In this document: in pieces, positions 10,401 to 21,953 of the stretch
Layout: each line of letters starts with the position of its first letter
How positions within the stretch are numbered: the first letter of the stretch is position 1
From: Scenedesmus sp. PABB004
Taxonomy: Eukaryota
Length of the DNA stretch: 64,000 nucleotides
Direction: 5' to 3'
NCBI GenBank assembly: GCA_014905635.1
Contig: JABVCE010000041.1
Coordinates: forward strand, 62,001-126,000
Notes under the pieces: model-generated
Told to the model about the DNA's origin: nothing
Databases searched by the model: none
Seen by the model: only the letters and a program-made list of their open reading frames with translations
Translations under genes and position numbers: made by a program

Positions 10401-12936
10401 TTACCAGGGGCTGCGGGCGGGCGGCGGGCGCGGCGCGGGGCGGCGCGGGGCGGCGCGTCAGTGCCTCGGCGCGCCGCGCGCGCGCGCGGCCGAGCAGCTT
10501 ACGCTCGTGCCGCGCGCAGGCAGCCGCGCGGCACGCGCGGCCGCGCGCCGCGGCCCCGGTCGCACCTGACGCCGTCCTCGATGTCGTCGTACGCGCCCGG
10601 CACGCTGAGCGCCTCGGCGCCGTACTGGCTCTCGTACGCCGCGTCCGACACGCTCTGGTCGCCGTCGACGGCGGCGTCGATGTCGCTCTCGGCGTCGTCC
10701 TCCTCCGCGGTCACGCCGCCATTGAAGCGCCAGCCCCAGCCGAGCAGCGCGCGGCGCGCGGCGGTGAGCTCCTCGTCGAGCAGCGCGAGCATGCGGCGCC
10801 CCGCGGGCTTGGCGCCGGGCGTCGCGACCGCGGCGGGGCGCGACGCCGTGCCGGGCGCGGTCGCGTTGGCGGCGGGCGTCGGGCCGGCCGCGGGGATGAG
10901 CACCGCGTTGATGCCGTGCACGATAGACTGCGCGGCGCGGCGCAGGGGGGAGGGCGGCGCGCTCAGCGCGGCGCGGCGAGCGCGGCGGCGGCAGCGGCGG
11001 CGGCAGGCGAGGCCGGCGCGGCGCGCCCCCGTGCTGCCGCCGGGCGCGCGGGGGGGGGGGGGGGGGGCGGACGTGCCGCTGCGGGGCGGGGGCCCGCGCC
11101 CTGCAGGCCCTGCAGGCCCTGCAGGCGCACCTTGCCGACGTAGACGTTGGGCTTGAGCACCTTGGCCTTGGTGCCGCCGGTCGAGTCGATGGTCACCTCG
11201 GCGTACGGGCGCTTGAGCTTGCTGCCCGCGGCGGGCTTGACGCTGCGGCGGCGGCGGCGGTCGGCGGGGCGGCGGCGGCGCTTTGGCGGCGGCGGCGCTT
11301 TGGCGGCGGCGGCGCACGCTGCGCGTGCGCGCGCGCTCTTCCCCGCGCGCATGCAACAGCCGCCGCCGGCGCGCTCACGTCGCGTACTCCGCGACGAGCG
11401 TCTGGCCCTGCAGCGTCGTGACGGGCTTGCCGCCGCGCAGGCTGAGCGGGGCGTAGCTGCCGAGCGTGTGGATGCCCGGGACGACGTGGTACTTCAGCAG
11501 CTCGGCGGTGCGCGCGGGGCTGGGCGTGTCGCCGCCGGTGAGCTTGACGGCCTTGTTGAACGCGGCGTTGTTGGGGCCAAAGAGCGTGAGGTTGCCGGCC
11601 GAGAGCGGGGCCTCGAGGCCGGCGTACGCGATCGCGCGGCAGAGCGCGGAGATGGTGAGCGGGCGGAAGGCGCACAGGTCGGCCAGGGAGTAGAAGATGC
11701 TGTCTGCGCGGGCGGGAGGAGGGGGAGGGGGGAGGAGCGGGCGGGGAGGGCAGGGGGCGGGGAGTGGGCAGGGGGCGGGGAGGGCAGGCGGGGCGCAGGC
11801 GCGGGCGGGGAGGGCGGGCGTGGGCGCGCGCGCGGGGGCGGGGCGCGCGCGCCGCGGGCGCGCGTGCGCCGCCTGATTCGCAGCCGCCGCGGCGCGGCGC
11901 GCCCGCGCGCCCGCACCGCTGAGCAGGACCTTGTTGACGGGGTGGGCGGTCTTGTTGTCGTCGATGACGATGTACTTGCCCACGGTCGCAGTGCCGCCCT
12001 GGACGTCAGTCACAGTGACCTTGCCGTCGGCGCCGCGGCGGAAGAGCAGGTCGTTGGGCTTGCCCGCCTTGGTCGCGACGACGCGCGCGTCGCCCTTGTC
12101 AAAGATGTCCTGCGCCCGCACGTTGTGCCCGAGGATGAGGTGCTGCGCGACGAGCTTGCGCGCGAGCACCGGGTCGCCCAGCACCGCCGCCGGCGTGAGG
12201 CCCATCTTGGCCAGGAAGTCGGTGATCGCCTTGTCCGTGGGGCTGCGGCGGGCGCACGCGACCGGGTGAGGAGGTTGGAGGGCGCGGGCGAGGGCGGGGC
12301 GAGGGCACGGCGGTGGGCGCGGGCGGGCGGGCGGCGCGGCGGAGGCGCGCCGGCGGGCGGCCGGCAGGCACGGCGGCGCGCGGCGGGCGCGGGGGGAGGC
12401 GTGTGCTCCCTGCTCACACGAGGAGGGTGTAGTAGGCGGCGGGGTTGTCGAGCGCCTTGGTGACGTTGGCCGCGTCGAGCAGCGCCGCGGCGAGCTTGAA
12501 GCCCTGCTTCTCCAGCGTGCCCGTCACGTCGGTCTTGTTCTGCGCCTGCACGCGGCGCGAGCGCACCGGGGCGCGGCGGGTGAGGGCGCGCGGGCCGGCG
12601 CCGCGATCGCGGATCGCGGCGCCACCGCGGCGGCGGCAGGGAAGCAGCGGCGGCAGCCGCCCAAGGGGTGAGTCCGCGCCCCGGGACGGATCGCTCGGCC
12701 GCGATCGGCGCCGGGGACTGGCAGCGCCGCAGAACGGTGCCCGCCGCGCGGATCCGGCGCCCGTGCGCGGCCGGGCGCTGGGCGCATGATACGGTCGGTC
12801 ACCCCCGGACTTCGCTGACCGCCGTGCCGCAAAATGCCGCTGCGGCCGCGCGAGTAGCAAGCTCATAACTGGGCCTCACCGTCGCGCCGCCGACGGCGAG
12901 CAGCCCCAGCAGCGCGAGCACGAGGACCGCACGCAT
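10401..12936 (-). CDS. Secreted fasciclin (two FAS1 domains) protein, paralog B (tandem duplicate)
   Basis: Signal peptide MRAVLVLALLGLLAVGGA. Exons are collinear with paralog A (AQNKTDV..LEKQGFKLAA..YTLLV; KLVAQHLILGHNVRA; IDDNK.AHPV.KVLLS; LTLFGPNNAA; KYHVVPG; IVHGINAVLIP). Ends ..EDGVS|PW-TAA via micro-exon 10401-10410. Confidence 0.9.
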
Positions 12937-13533
12937 CGTGACTGCGCTGCTCGCTCTGCGCGGCGGAGAGCTCCTGGCTGGTCTGGGGAGTGCGCGGGGT
13001 GCGGTGGGTGTGGTGCTGGGGCGCGGGCGGGCGCGCGCTGGGTGCGCCGCCCGCGAGAGCCCCGCGAGGCCTCCTCAGCTGCCGGCATCGAGAGTGAGGG
13101 GGTGCCCCAGCGCCCGGAACGCGTCACGTGCCCCACGCGCGTCCGAGAGCGCGATCGGGGCGCGCCGCGCCGCGGCGTCGCCGCCGGCGCGCTCCCGGTG
13201 ACGCCGCGCTGCTCGAGTGGTGGCGCCGCCATCGCGAGCGGGCGTGCGCCGCCTCCGCCGCGCTCGTGGGGAGGATCGTGGCTCGGAGGGTGGCCAGTTT
13301 CCAATGGCGCCGGGACAAACTCCCAGTCGCCCGCGCACGCGCGCGCCCGCCACGCTGCGTGGCGCGCCGGCCTCTCCTGCGCCCGCCTGCGCCGCCCGGG
13401 TTGGTTGAGTTCCCTGGCCCGCCCCCGCACGCACGCGGCCTCGCCGCCCCGCTCTCGCCTCTCGCTCTCGCCCGCCCGCGCAGGGCGCCGGGGCCCACCC
13501 GCTCGACCCGGGCACCGCCGCGCGGCGCGCGCC

Positions 13534-15427
13534 TCAGATGCTGGGCGGCATCTTATCAAGGAGGAGCCACAGCCCCGCCACGTCCTCCGCGTCGGGGTCG
13601 GGCTGCACCGCGAGGAAGTGGAGGCCCCCGAGGCCGGCCTTGGCCTCCTCCCAGCCCTCCGCCTCGCCGATCGAGTCGGGGCTCGGCCGCCAGCCGCCGT
13701 AGCGCCAGCGCTGGTTCACGCCCGTCTCGAGGATGAGGCAGCTGCGCTCAACGTCCGCCTTGACGCCTGCCGCGGCGCGGCGACGCGCGGAGACGCGCGT
13801 GAGCAGCGCCGTCGCGCGGCAGGGGCCGCGGCTGGCCGCGAGCGGCGGCGGACGGCGGCGTGCAGTGTGGCGCGGTGCAGCACGGCGCGCACCCGAGATT
13901 TCGAGGCCGTTTGTCCACGCCGCAAGCGGCAGCGCGCGGCGGCTGAACACGACCACGCCCGGCACGAGGATGTCGGCCGGCAGCTCGCCCAGCCCCGCGG
14001 CGGCGAGGTCAAAGCTGCTGCCAAACATGGTGCCCTGCGCGGGCAAGGCACGGCGCGCGCGGCGGGCGGCGGCGGGCGGCAGCAGCAGGCGGCGTGATCG
14101 GCGTGGGGCAGCGCGAGGCGGCGCAGCTCGGGCTGGCGCTGGCCTGCCCCGCCTCACGCGCGCGGCGCGCGGCGTGCGTGGGCGCGGCCCGCCGCACCTC
14201 CTCCACGGGCTTGAGCATGCCCCGCAGGCTGCCCAGCGGTAGCTGCACAAACGCCCACTTCTCGCCGCGCAGCGCGTCCGGCAGCGGCTGCGGCGCGCGC
14301 GGGCGCGCGGGCGGGCGGCGCCGCGCGGCGTCGGCTCCCGCGCGGCGCGGCTCCCGCGCGCGGCGCGAGAGGTGCGGCAGGTCTGTGGCGGCGCGCGGCT
14401 GTGGTCACCTCTGGGGGCCCGAGGTCAATGTCAAACATGCTGCTCGCCTTGTCGCTGTACCGCGGGTCGGTGCGGTACACAGACTCCAGCCGCGCCTCGA
14501 GCAGGCCTGGCCCGAGGGGCGCCGCGCGCGCGCGCCACGCGTGAGCGCGCGCGGGGGCGGCGCGCGGCCCGTGCGCGCGCGCGGGTGCGGCGCGTGCGCC
14601 GCACGCGCACCCATGATGCTGAAGCAGCGCCGGCTGGGCAGGGGCTTGATGTTGAGCTCGCTCAGCGCGCGGCTGATGATGGTCGACATCTGCCCCCGGA
14701 AGAAGCGCACCTTGGTGGGCGGCACCGCGCCCGGCCGCGCCAGCACCGCCTCCAGCGCCTTGCGCAGCTGCGGGCGGGGGAGCGTGCGGACCGCGGTCAG
14801 CGCCGGGGCGCGGCGGCCGCCGCGCATCGCGCGCCCGCGCGCGCCGTGCTGCTGTAACCCGACCGACGAGCCCGCCGCCGCGCGGCGCGGGCCAATCGGG
14901 CGCCGCGGCGGGCGCGCGCGGCGGCGCCGGCGCGGGCAGCGCGCGCGACCCTCGCACCCCGCCGCCGCGGCGCGCCGGGCGCCCGCCGCGCCGCGGCGAG
15001 CGGTCGTGCGTGGGCGCGCGGGCCTGGGCCGCCCCTGGCGCGCCCCCGCGCGGCGCCCCGGGCGGCGAGCGCGCACCTCGACGCTGTTGATTTTGCTGTT
15101 CGGAAAGTACTGGCTGTACTCGAAGGAGCGGTCGGGGCTGCAGATCAACAGCTCCCACACCTTCTTGCCGCGCTCGTCCAGCAGCGGGCGGCTGCAAAAG
15201 TCGAGCTCCAGCACGTCGGAGGTGGGCGCGCTCGCCGAATGCCCGCCGCTGCTGCTCGGCGCCGCCTCCTGCACCGCCGCCGCCTCGCTGGCGCTGCGCA
15301 CGCGCTGAGAGCGGGCCATCCCCCGCGCGGGCGCGGCCGCAGCGGCGCGCAGGCCGGCGAGCGGCCGCGCCCGCGCCAGGGCGCGCGCCTGCGGCGCCGC
15401 GCCGGCCGGGGAGCGGGCGAGCTGCAT
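13534..15427 (-). CDS. TAB2: Chloroplast RNA-binding protein of the Tab2/ATAB2 family, multi-exon
   Basis: Transit peptide, then ELDFCSRPLLDERGKKVWELLIC, YFPNSKINS, RFFRGQMSTII.RAL..L.IKPLPSRRC, PLPDALRGEKWAFVQLP, RRALPLAAWTNGLE, LILETGVNQRW and WEEAKAGLGGLHFLAVQPDPD..GLWLL. Confidence 0.95.
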
Positions 15428-15735
15428 GCTGGCCGTAGGGCGACCGCCACGCGCGGCGCTGGGGCTGCGGAGGAGCAGAGCGCGACCGCGTGCGCGCGGT
15501 CTGCGCAGCTGCGGCGCGGCGCCAAAACTGGGCGAGTTGGCGTGCTGGCGGTCGCCTCCGAGCGGCGCGGGCTGCTGTGGACGGCCACCGGGCGGGCGCG
15601 GCCGCATGCGGCGCCGGCGCGCCGGAGATCGCGGCGGCGCAGCGGCCGCCAGGCCCTGGCCGAGCGCGGGCGCGGGCGCCGTTGCCCGTCGCAGCTCAAC
15701 CTGGGCCGCCGCCCCGAGCAACTTCTCTCGCCTAC

Positions 15736-17394
15736 CTACAGCAGTGGCGGCAGCAGGCGGCGCGGCAGGCCGGCCACCACGCCGCCCGCGCCGTGCGCGC
15801 CCTGGCCGGTCAGCGCGGCGGCGTCGCCCAGGACGCCCTCGAGCGGCCGCGCCGACAGGCCCGCGCCCGCGCGCGGCCACAGCGCGCGCGCGGCGTCGCT
15901 CCAGGCGGCCGCCTCGGCGCCGCGGCTGGGCAGCGCGGTCAGCAGCTGCGCAAAGCGCCACGCGAGCGCGGCGCGCAGGCTCGCGTGCGCGGGCGCGCGG
16001 CCGGCGGGCTGCTGCTGCGCGTCCGCCAGCCTGCGGCGCGGCGAGCGCGCGGCACGCGGTGAGGGGCGGCGGCAACGGCGGCACAGCGCGCGCGCGCGCG
16101 CGACGCCCCGGTCGGCCCGCCCGGGCGCGCTCACCGCGCGGGGTCGCCGCCGAGCAGCTTGGCGCACTCGCGCAGCATGCCCTCCGCGTACATCACGCGC
16201 GCGCTGCGTGCGTACGTGCGCGCGAGCAGCAGCAGCACCGGCGCCAGCCCCGCGCCCGCCTCGCCGTGCGCCGCCTCGGCGCCGCGCAGCGCGCCACTGA
16301 GCGCCTCCTCTGCCGCGTCCCACTCGCACCGCGCCATGTGCACCTGCCGTGGCGTCAGCAGCGGGCGGCAGCGGGCGGGCGGGCGGGTGGGCGGTCGGGC
16401 GGTCGCGCCGGCGCCGCCGGCAGCTGCCCCGCCGGCTGTGGGCAGGCGGGCGCGCCACGGCGCCGGCCGGGCCACGCCGCAACGCCGGCCGCGCACCTGG
16501 GCCGCCCCGAGCGCGACGTCCGCGGCGACCTCGTGCTGCAGCCGCGCGCTCAGCCCCGCCGCCGCGTCGCTCGCGATGCTCGGCGCCCCGCCGCCGCCGC
16601 CGCCACCGCCGCCGCCCAGCGCCTGCTGGGCGTCGCTGTAGCTGGCGCTGGCCGCGTCCAGCAGGTCTTGGGCGAGCGCCGCGTCGCCCGCCGCCTTGTG
16701 CGCGACCGCTGTCAGCAGGCCGCCCGCGGCGCCCCCCTGGGCGCCCGGCTGCTGCGCCGCGAGCGCGCGCTGCAGCCGCGCCAGCGCCTCCGCCGCGGCG
16801 TCCGGCTGCGCCGCCGTGGCGTGCGCCACCAGCAGCTGCGTCGCCAGCCGCAGCGGCTCGGGCGCGGCGCCGCCGCCGTGCGCGCAGGCGGCGGCCTCGT
16901 CGTCCCGCCCCGCCGCCAGCAGTGCGCGCGTCGCCTGCAGCTGTGCCAGCCCCGCCAGCGCCGCCGCGGGCGGGCCCGCGGCCGCTGCCGCGGCCGCCGC
17001 TGCCTGGCTCGCGGCCGCCGCCTGCGCCCAGTCGTGCTCCGCCGCAAACGCCTCGCCCAGCGCGAGGTGCAGCCGCGCCGCGTCCGCGCCGGCGGCGGGG
17101 TCGGGCTGCATCGCCAGGCCCGAGCGCAGCACGTCGACCGCGGCCGGGCCCTGGCCCTGCACGGCGCGCGGCGCGCCCCGCGGCGGCGCGCGCGTCAGGC
17201 GGCCGTGCGTGCGACGGCGGCGGCGGGCGCTGCAGCAGCAGCGGCCGGCTCGCCTTGAGGTCGGCCCACACGTAGCCCAGCAGCTGCTCCACGACCCCGC
17301 CGCCACCGGCGCCGCTGCTGCACCAGCGCCGAGCGCCGCCCGCCAGCGCCGCCGCGGGCGCCGGCACCAGGCGGCACTGGCGGGCGAGGGCCAT
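15736..17394 (-). CDS. TPR-like alpha-helical repeat protein, probably mitochondrial
   Basis: N-terminus MALARQCRL..ARRWCSS resembles a mitochondrial presequence. TPR-like helices LHLALGEAFAAEHDWAQAA, WDAAEEALSGALRGAEAAHG and LLLLARTYARSARVMYAEGMLRECAKLL. Three introns give a continuous frame. Confidence 0.7.
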   Translation of the reverse strand: MALARQCRLVPAPAAALAGGARRWCSSGAGGGGVVEQLLGYVWADLKASRPLLLQRPPPPSHARPPDARAAAGRAARRAGPGPGRGRRAALGPGDAARPRRRRGRGAAAPRAGRGVCGGARLGAGGGREPGSGGRGSGRGPARGGAGGAGTAAGDARTAGGGAGRRGRRLRARRRRRARAAAAGDAAAGGARHGGAAGRRGGGAGAAAARARGAAAGRPGGRRGRPADSGRAQGGGRRGARPRPAGRGQRQLQRRPAGAGRRRWRRRRRGAEHRERRGGGAERAAAARGRRGRRARGGPGARPALRRGPAGAVARPPAHSRRGSCRRRRRDRPTAHPPARPLPPAADATAGAHGAVRVGRGRGGAQWRAARRRGGARRGGRGAGAGAAAARAHVRTQRARDVRGGHAARVRQAARRRPRAVSAPGRADRGVARARALCRRCRRPSPRAARSPRRRLADAQQQPAGRAPAHASLRAALAWRFAQLLTALPSRGAEAAAWSDAARALWPRAGAGLSARPLEGVLGDAAALTGQGAHGAGGVVAGLPRRLLPPLL

Positions 17395-17860
17395 GCCTGC
17401 TGCTCCTGCTGCTGCTGCTGCCGCCGCTGCCGCCAGGCGGTTGGCGCGCGCTGCTGCCGCAGCAGCGGGCGGGTGCGGTCCCACGGCCGCGTCGGGACGG
17501 CGATTGGGACGGCGATCGCGCTGCAGCGGGGGCGGAGCGGACTGGCGCGCCAGCGGGAGCACGCGGCGAACGGGCGCCGCGCGAGGGCTCAGTTGTCGTT
17601 GAGGCGGCGGCTGCTCGTCTCGCCGCCACGGCGAGCGGCCGCCACAACGTTCCGCCCCCAGATCTACGCCGTGAGTGTGAGAACCCCGCCAGGACGCGCC
17701 GGCGCAGCAGCAGGCCGGCAGCGGCCCGCCCGCCGGCGCTGCCGCCGCCACCGCAGCCCCAGCGGCCCCAGGCAGCCCCCCTGCGGCAGGACGTGGAGAG
17801 TCACCACGGCGCGGTCCTGGGGGCGCGGCCGCCCAGGCGGGCGCCCGGCCGGCGGCCGGG

Positions 17861-18584
17861 ATGGTCAGCGACGCGGCGCGCAGCGGCGGCGGCGGCGATG
17901 AGGAGGAGGCGCGTGCGCTGCTCGGCGGCCGCGCCAGCGCCGGCGGCGGCGCCGCCGCCGTCACGACGGCGGGCAGCCGCAGCGCGAGCACCGGCGGCGG
18001 CCCCGCGGGCGCCGCCGCGCTCGGCGTCGAGCGCGGCGGCGGCGCTGCCAGCGGCGGCGGCACGCGCAGCGCGGGCACGATGCGCGTGCTGCTCGCCGCG
18101 GGCACGGCGTGCGGGTGGATGTTTGTGAGCAGCCTCCTGATCCTCATAAACAAGCACATCCTGCGCGACCTGGGGTTTGGGTGCGTGCGTGCGCGCGGGG
18201 CCGCGCCGCCGGGCGGCGGCTGCGGCAGGCCGGGGCGCCAGCGGCGGCGGCCGGCGCGGCGCCGCGAGCGGCAGGCGGCGCCTGACGGCCGCCCGCCCGC
18301 GCGCGATCACCGCGGCGGCGCTGCGCCAGGTACCCCATGAGCGTTGCGGGCATGGGCATGGCGACGAGCGGCGCCGCGTCGTACGTGCTCTGCCGCGTGC
18401 TGCACGCGGCGGAGGCCAAGGTCGTCGTCACGCGCGAGTACTGGCTGCGCCGCATCGCACCGGTGGGGTTCTTCATGGCCTCCACGCTCTGGGCGGGTGC
18501 GCGGGGCGCCGTGGCGCCGCGGCGCGGCGGCGCGGCGGCGCGCGCGGCCGCCACCGCCGTCCGTCCCCCGCATGCACGCGCACA

Positions 18585-18623
<39 letters not shown>

Positions 18624-19962
18624 GCGCACGCACACGCGCATGCACACAAGCGCAGGCAACCTGGTGTACCTGTACCTCAGCGTCAGCTTCATACAGGTGT
18701 GCTTGTGGGTGTGTGCTTGTGTGCTTTCAGGGCGGGCGCGCCGCCGCGCGCGCGCACGCGCCGCCGCGCGCGCTCGCTGCCCTGCGCCGCGCTCACTGCC
18801 CTGCGCTCCGCGCCGTGCTGCGCGTGCCCAGATGCTCAAGGCCTTCACCCCCGTCATCACCATGGCCGCGCTCTTTGCCGCGGGGCTCGAGACGCCCAGC
18901 ACGCGGGTGCGGCGCCCGGGGGCGCAGCGGCCGGCGGCCCGCGGGCCCGGCGGCCGCCGCCAGGGCGCGGGGCGCCCGGCCCGCCGCCGCGCGCCGCACC
19001 GCGCCGCGCCGCGCCCGCGTCGTCGCCGTCGCGCACCGTCGTGCGCCGCCGCAGATGATCGGCAGCGTCGTGGCCATCGCGGCGGGGACGGCGCTGGCGG
19101 CGTACGGCGAGGTGCACAACAGCGCGCTGGGCGTGGGCATCATGCTGCTCAGCGAGGCCGCCGAGGCGGTGCGCCTGGTGATGACGCAGCTGCTGCTCAC
19201 CGGCGGCACGCGCATGGGGCCGTTCGAGGGCGTGATGTGGCTGGTGCGCCGCCGCAGCCGCCGCGCCGCGCCGCGCGCCGCCGCCGCCGCCCGGCCGCGC
19301 GCCGCGAGTGCAGCCGCCGCGCCGCGCCCGCTGACGCGCCCTCCCCCGCCTCGGCCCCGCCTCGGCCCCGCCGCCACGTCCGCGTCCGCGCTTGCCCCTG
19401 CGTGCGTCCGCCGCAGGCGCCCGCGTGCTTCCTGTGGCTCATGCTCGGCGCGGCGGTCGTGGAGTGGCCGGCGATGGTCGCGGCGGGGCACGTCGGCGTG
19501 CCCGCGGCGCACCCGCTGCTGTTTGGCGCGGCCGCGTGCATGGGCTTTGCCGTCAACGTCCTCGCCTACGCGACCATCAAGCTCGCCAGCAGCCTCACGC
19601 TCAAGGCGCGGCACCGCGGCACCGCGCCGCGCGACGCGCCGCCGCACCGCACGCACCGCATGCCGCGCCGCCGCGCCGCAGCGCCGCACGCCGCGCCGCC
19701 CGCTCGCGTCGGCAGTGCACGCCGGCCTCGGCGCCGACCTGCCCTCGGCTCGCTGGCGCCCCGCAACCCACTCCCCCAGGTGCTCGGGTGCGTGAAGAAC
19801 AGCCTCGTCATCGTCGCGGCGGTCGTGTTTTTCGCCGAGGAGGTCACGCCGCTGCAGGGCGTCGGCTACGGCGTCGCGACGGTCGCGTTCGGCGTGTACA
19901 CGCAGCTCAAGGTCTCGCAGATCGCGGCAGGGCCGGGCGCCGCCAAGCCAAGCGCGTCGTAG
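17861..19962 (+). CDS. Triose-phosphate-transporter (TPT)/nucleotide-sugar transporter family protein
   Basis: WMFVSSLLILINKHIL..F.YP, GNLVYLYLSVSFIQMLKAFTPV, LAAYGE, EAVRLVMTQLLL, APACFLWL, GFAVNVLAYATIKLASSLTLK|VLGCVKNSLVI, EEVTPLQGVGY. Multiple hydrophobic helices. Confidence 0.92.
18585..18623. repeat. (CGCA)n intronic microsatellite
   Basis: Uninterrupted CGCA tetramer run inside a TPT-gene intron. Confidence 0.9.
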
Positions 19963-20032
19963 CGCCCCGGGCCCGCGCCTGCCCTGCGCCTGTTCTGCAA
20001 ACTCAATCCCCCCGAGCCGACTGGTAAAAGGC

Positions 20033-20037
20033 TTACA
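20033..20037 (-). promoter_or_regulatory. TGTAA polyadenylation signal of the NHL gene
   Basis: TTACA on + (TGTAA on -) about 70 nt past the stop at 20107, in an AT-richer patch. UGUAA is the established chlorophyte poly(A) signal. Confidence 0.55.
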
Positions 20038-20106
20038 GCACGCGTGCGCCAACTGCACGGTCAACTCTGCCGGCGGCGCGCGCACGCTCCCTGCCGGTGC
20101 TGCGCC

Positions 20107-21648
20107 CTAGGAGCGCCCGGCGCCGCGCGGCAGCAGGCTCGCGACCCCGCTCAGCCCGCCCTCACTGCTGCTGCCCGGCGAGCCGGGGCCCTCGGCGCAG
20201 CTGCAGCTGGGCGGCGGCGGGCCGTGTGACGCGTGCCGCGCCGCGGGCGCGTGCGCGCTCGCCCCGGCCGCCGCTGCAGCGGCGCCGCCGTCTGACGTGC
20301 CCTCGCTGTGCAGGCGCTCGTAACCGGCGCTGCGCTGCGACCAGGCCTCGCCGCTGCTGCTGGGTGGTGCCGGCTCGACCTCGGGGGAGTGCGGCGCGCC
20401 GCCGCAGCCGTCGGCCGCGCGGAGCCGCCAGCCGGCGCCGTGCGCGCTGCCAGCGCCGGCGGGCTGCGCCGCCGCCCCGCCGACGGTCGCCACGTCTTCG
20501 GCCTTGGCCAGCAACGCCTGCGGGCGGCAGCGGCGCGCGGGCGCGGGCGTGCGGCGGGCGTGCGCCGCAGCACGCCGCGCAGCTGCCGCGAGGGGCCGGG
20601 CCGGCCTCGGCCCACCTCGCGCGCAGCTAGCAGCGCGCCGGGAGCGCTGCCTGGCGACGACGGCGGCTGCAGCTGCCGCGGTGGCGGGGCGTGCCTGGCA
20701 CGCAGCGCCTGCACGCGCTGCGCCACCCAGCCGGCTGCGCCGTCGGCCGCGGCACGGCCGCCCGCGACGGCAGCGCCGCCCGCCAGCGCCGCCAGGGCCA
20801 GCTGCCACCATGCCGCCCAGCCGGCGCCGCCGCTCGCGTCGGGGCCAGGCGGCGGCGCGGGCGGCGTGCCACCTTCGCACGTGCCGGGCGGCCAGGACGG
20901 CGGGCAGACGCGGCGCAGCAGCCGCGCCTGTGAGTCTTGGAGGACAGCTGAGCCGTCCGGCTGGCAGGCCAGCAGCCAGCTGCCTGCGGAGAGCATGGCG
21001 CCGGCGCCGCCGTCCCTCCAGCCCGCCGCAGACGCGTTTCCCAGCACCGTGGTCACGCGGCCTGCGGCGCGGGGGTCGCGCGGGTGCACCGCGGGCGGCT
21101 GGCCAGCCGCCATGGCGCCCGGCGGGCAGCGGCCGCCGCCCCGGCCCGGCGCCGGACCCATCGCGCGCGCACGCACCACGCGCGCCGGGCTGGAGCGACA
21201 CGACCCGCAGCAGCGCGCCGAGGCCGCCCGTGGCGTCCAGGAGCAGGAGGTCGCCGCCCGCCGCGCCCGCGCCGCGCCCCAGCACGCACAGCGCGCGCGG
21301 CCGGCCGAGCAACGCGACGCCGCGCGGGCCGTCGCGCACGGCTCCCCTGCTGGTGGGCGGCGCGTCGGGCACGCCCGCGAGCAGCTCCGCCGGGCCGCCG
21401 GCGAGCGGGATTGCCCAGACGGCGTTGTGTGTCTTGTCACATACGTACGCCACGCCCCCGTCGACCGCCAGCCCGCCGCCGCCGGCGACGTCGCCGTCGG
21501 CGCGCAGCGTGGCGACGCGCCAGTCGCCGGCGTGGCCCCGGTGAGCGGCGGCGCGGCGCGCGAGGGCGGCAGGCGCGCGCCCCGCCTCGCCGGCGCCGAG
21601 CGGCGCCGCGGCCGCGAGGAGCAGCAGCACGCGGGCCGTGGCGTTCAT
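20107..21648 (-). CDS. NHL-repeat (beta-propeller) type I membrane protein
   Basis: Signal peptide MNATARVLLLLAAAAPLGAG. NHL-like GLAVDGGVAYVCDKTHNAVWAI..LLAG..VRDGP..ALLGRPRALCV and VTTVLG..GWRDG. TM segment WWQLALAALAGGAAVAG. The 3' exon boundaries are less certain. Confidence 0.7.
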   Translation of the reverse strand: MNATARVLLLLAAAAPLGAGEAGRAPAALARRAAAHRGHAGDWRVATLRADGDVAGGGGLAVDGGVAYVCDKTHNAVWAIPLAGGPAELLAGVPDAPPTSRGAVRDGPRGVALLGRPRALCVLGRGAGAAGGDLLLLDATGGLGALLRVVSLQPGARGACARDGSGAGPGRRPLPAGRHGGWPAARGAPARPPRRRPRDHGAGKRVCGGLEGRRRRRHALRRQLAAGLPAGRLSCPPRLTGAAAAPRLPAVLAARHVRRWHAARAAAWPRRERRRRLGGMVAAGPGGAGGRRCRRGRPCRGRRRSRLGGAARAGAACQARPATAAAAAAVVARQRSRRAASCARGGPRPARPLAAAARRAAAHARRTPAPARRCRPQALLAKAEDVATVGGAAAQPAGAGSAHGAGWRLRAADGCGGAPHSPEVEPAPPSSSGEAWSQRSAGYERLHSEGTSDGGAAAAAAGASAHAPAARHASHGPPPPSCSCAEGPGSPGSSSEGGLSGVASLLPRGAGRS

Positions 21649-21953
21649 GGTGGGCGATCGGGGCGGGGGGTGTGCGCAGCGCCGCCGAGCGGCCGCCGAG
21701 CTCGGCTCGAGCCGCCGCGCCGTGCGGGCAACCGCTTCGCGGTTTTGTGCCACGCCGCGCTGTCAGCGCGATCCGCGGCGCCAGCGGCACACATTCCCCG
21801 CCCCCGCGCTCCCCAGGCAGGCGCAGGCGCCGCCGCCGCCCCGCCGCGGCAGCAGCGCGGAGCGCGCAGCAGCGCCGCCCCGCGCCTCGACCGCCCGCCG
21901 CCGGCCGCCGCGCCCGCCCCCGCCGCCCCTCCGCGACCGTCAAGCGCGGCCCC

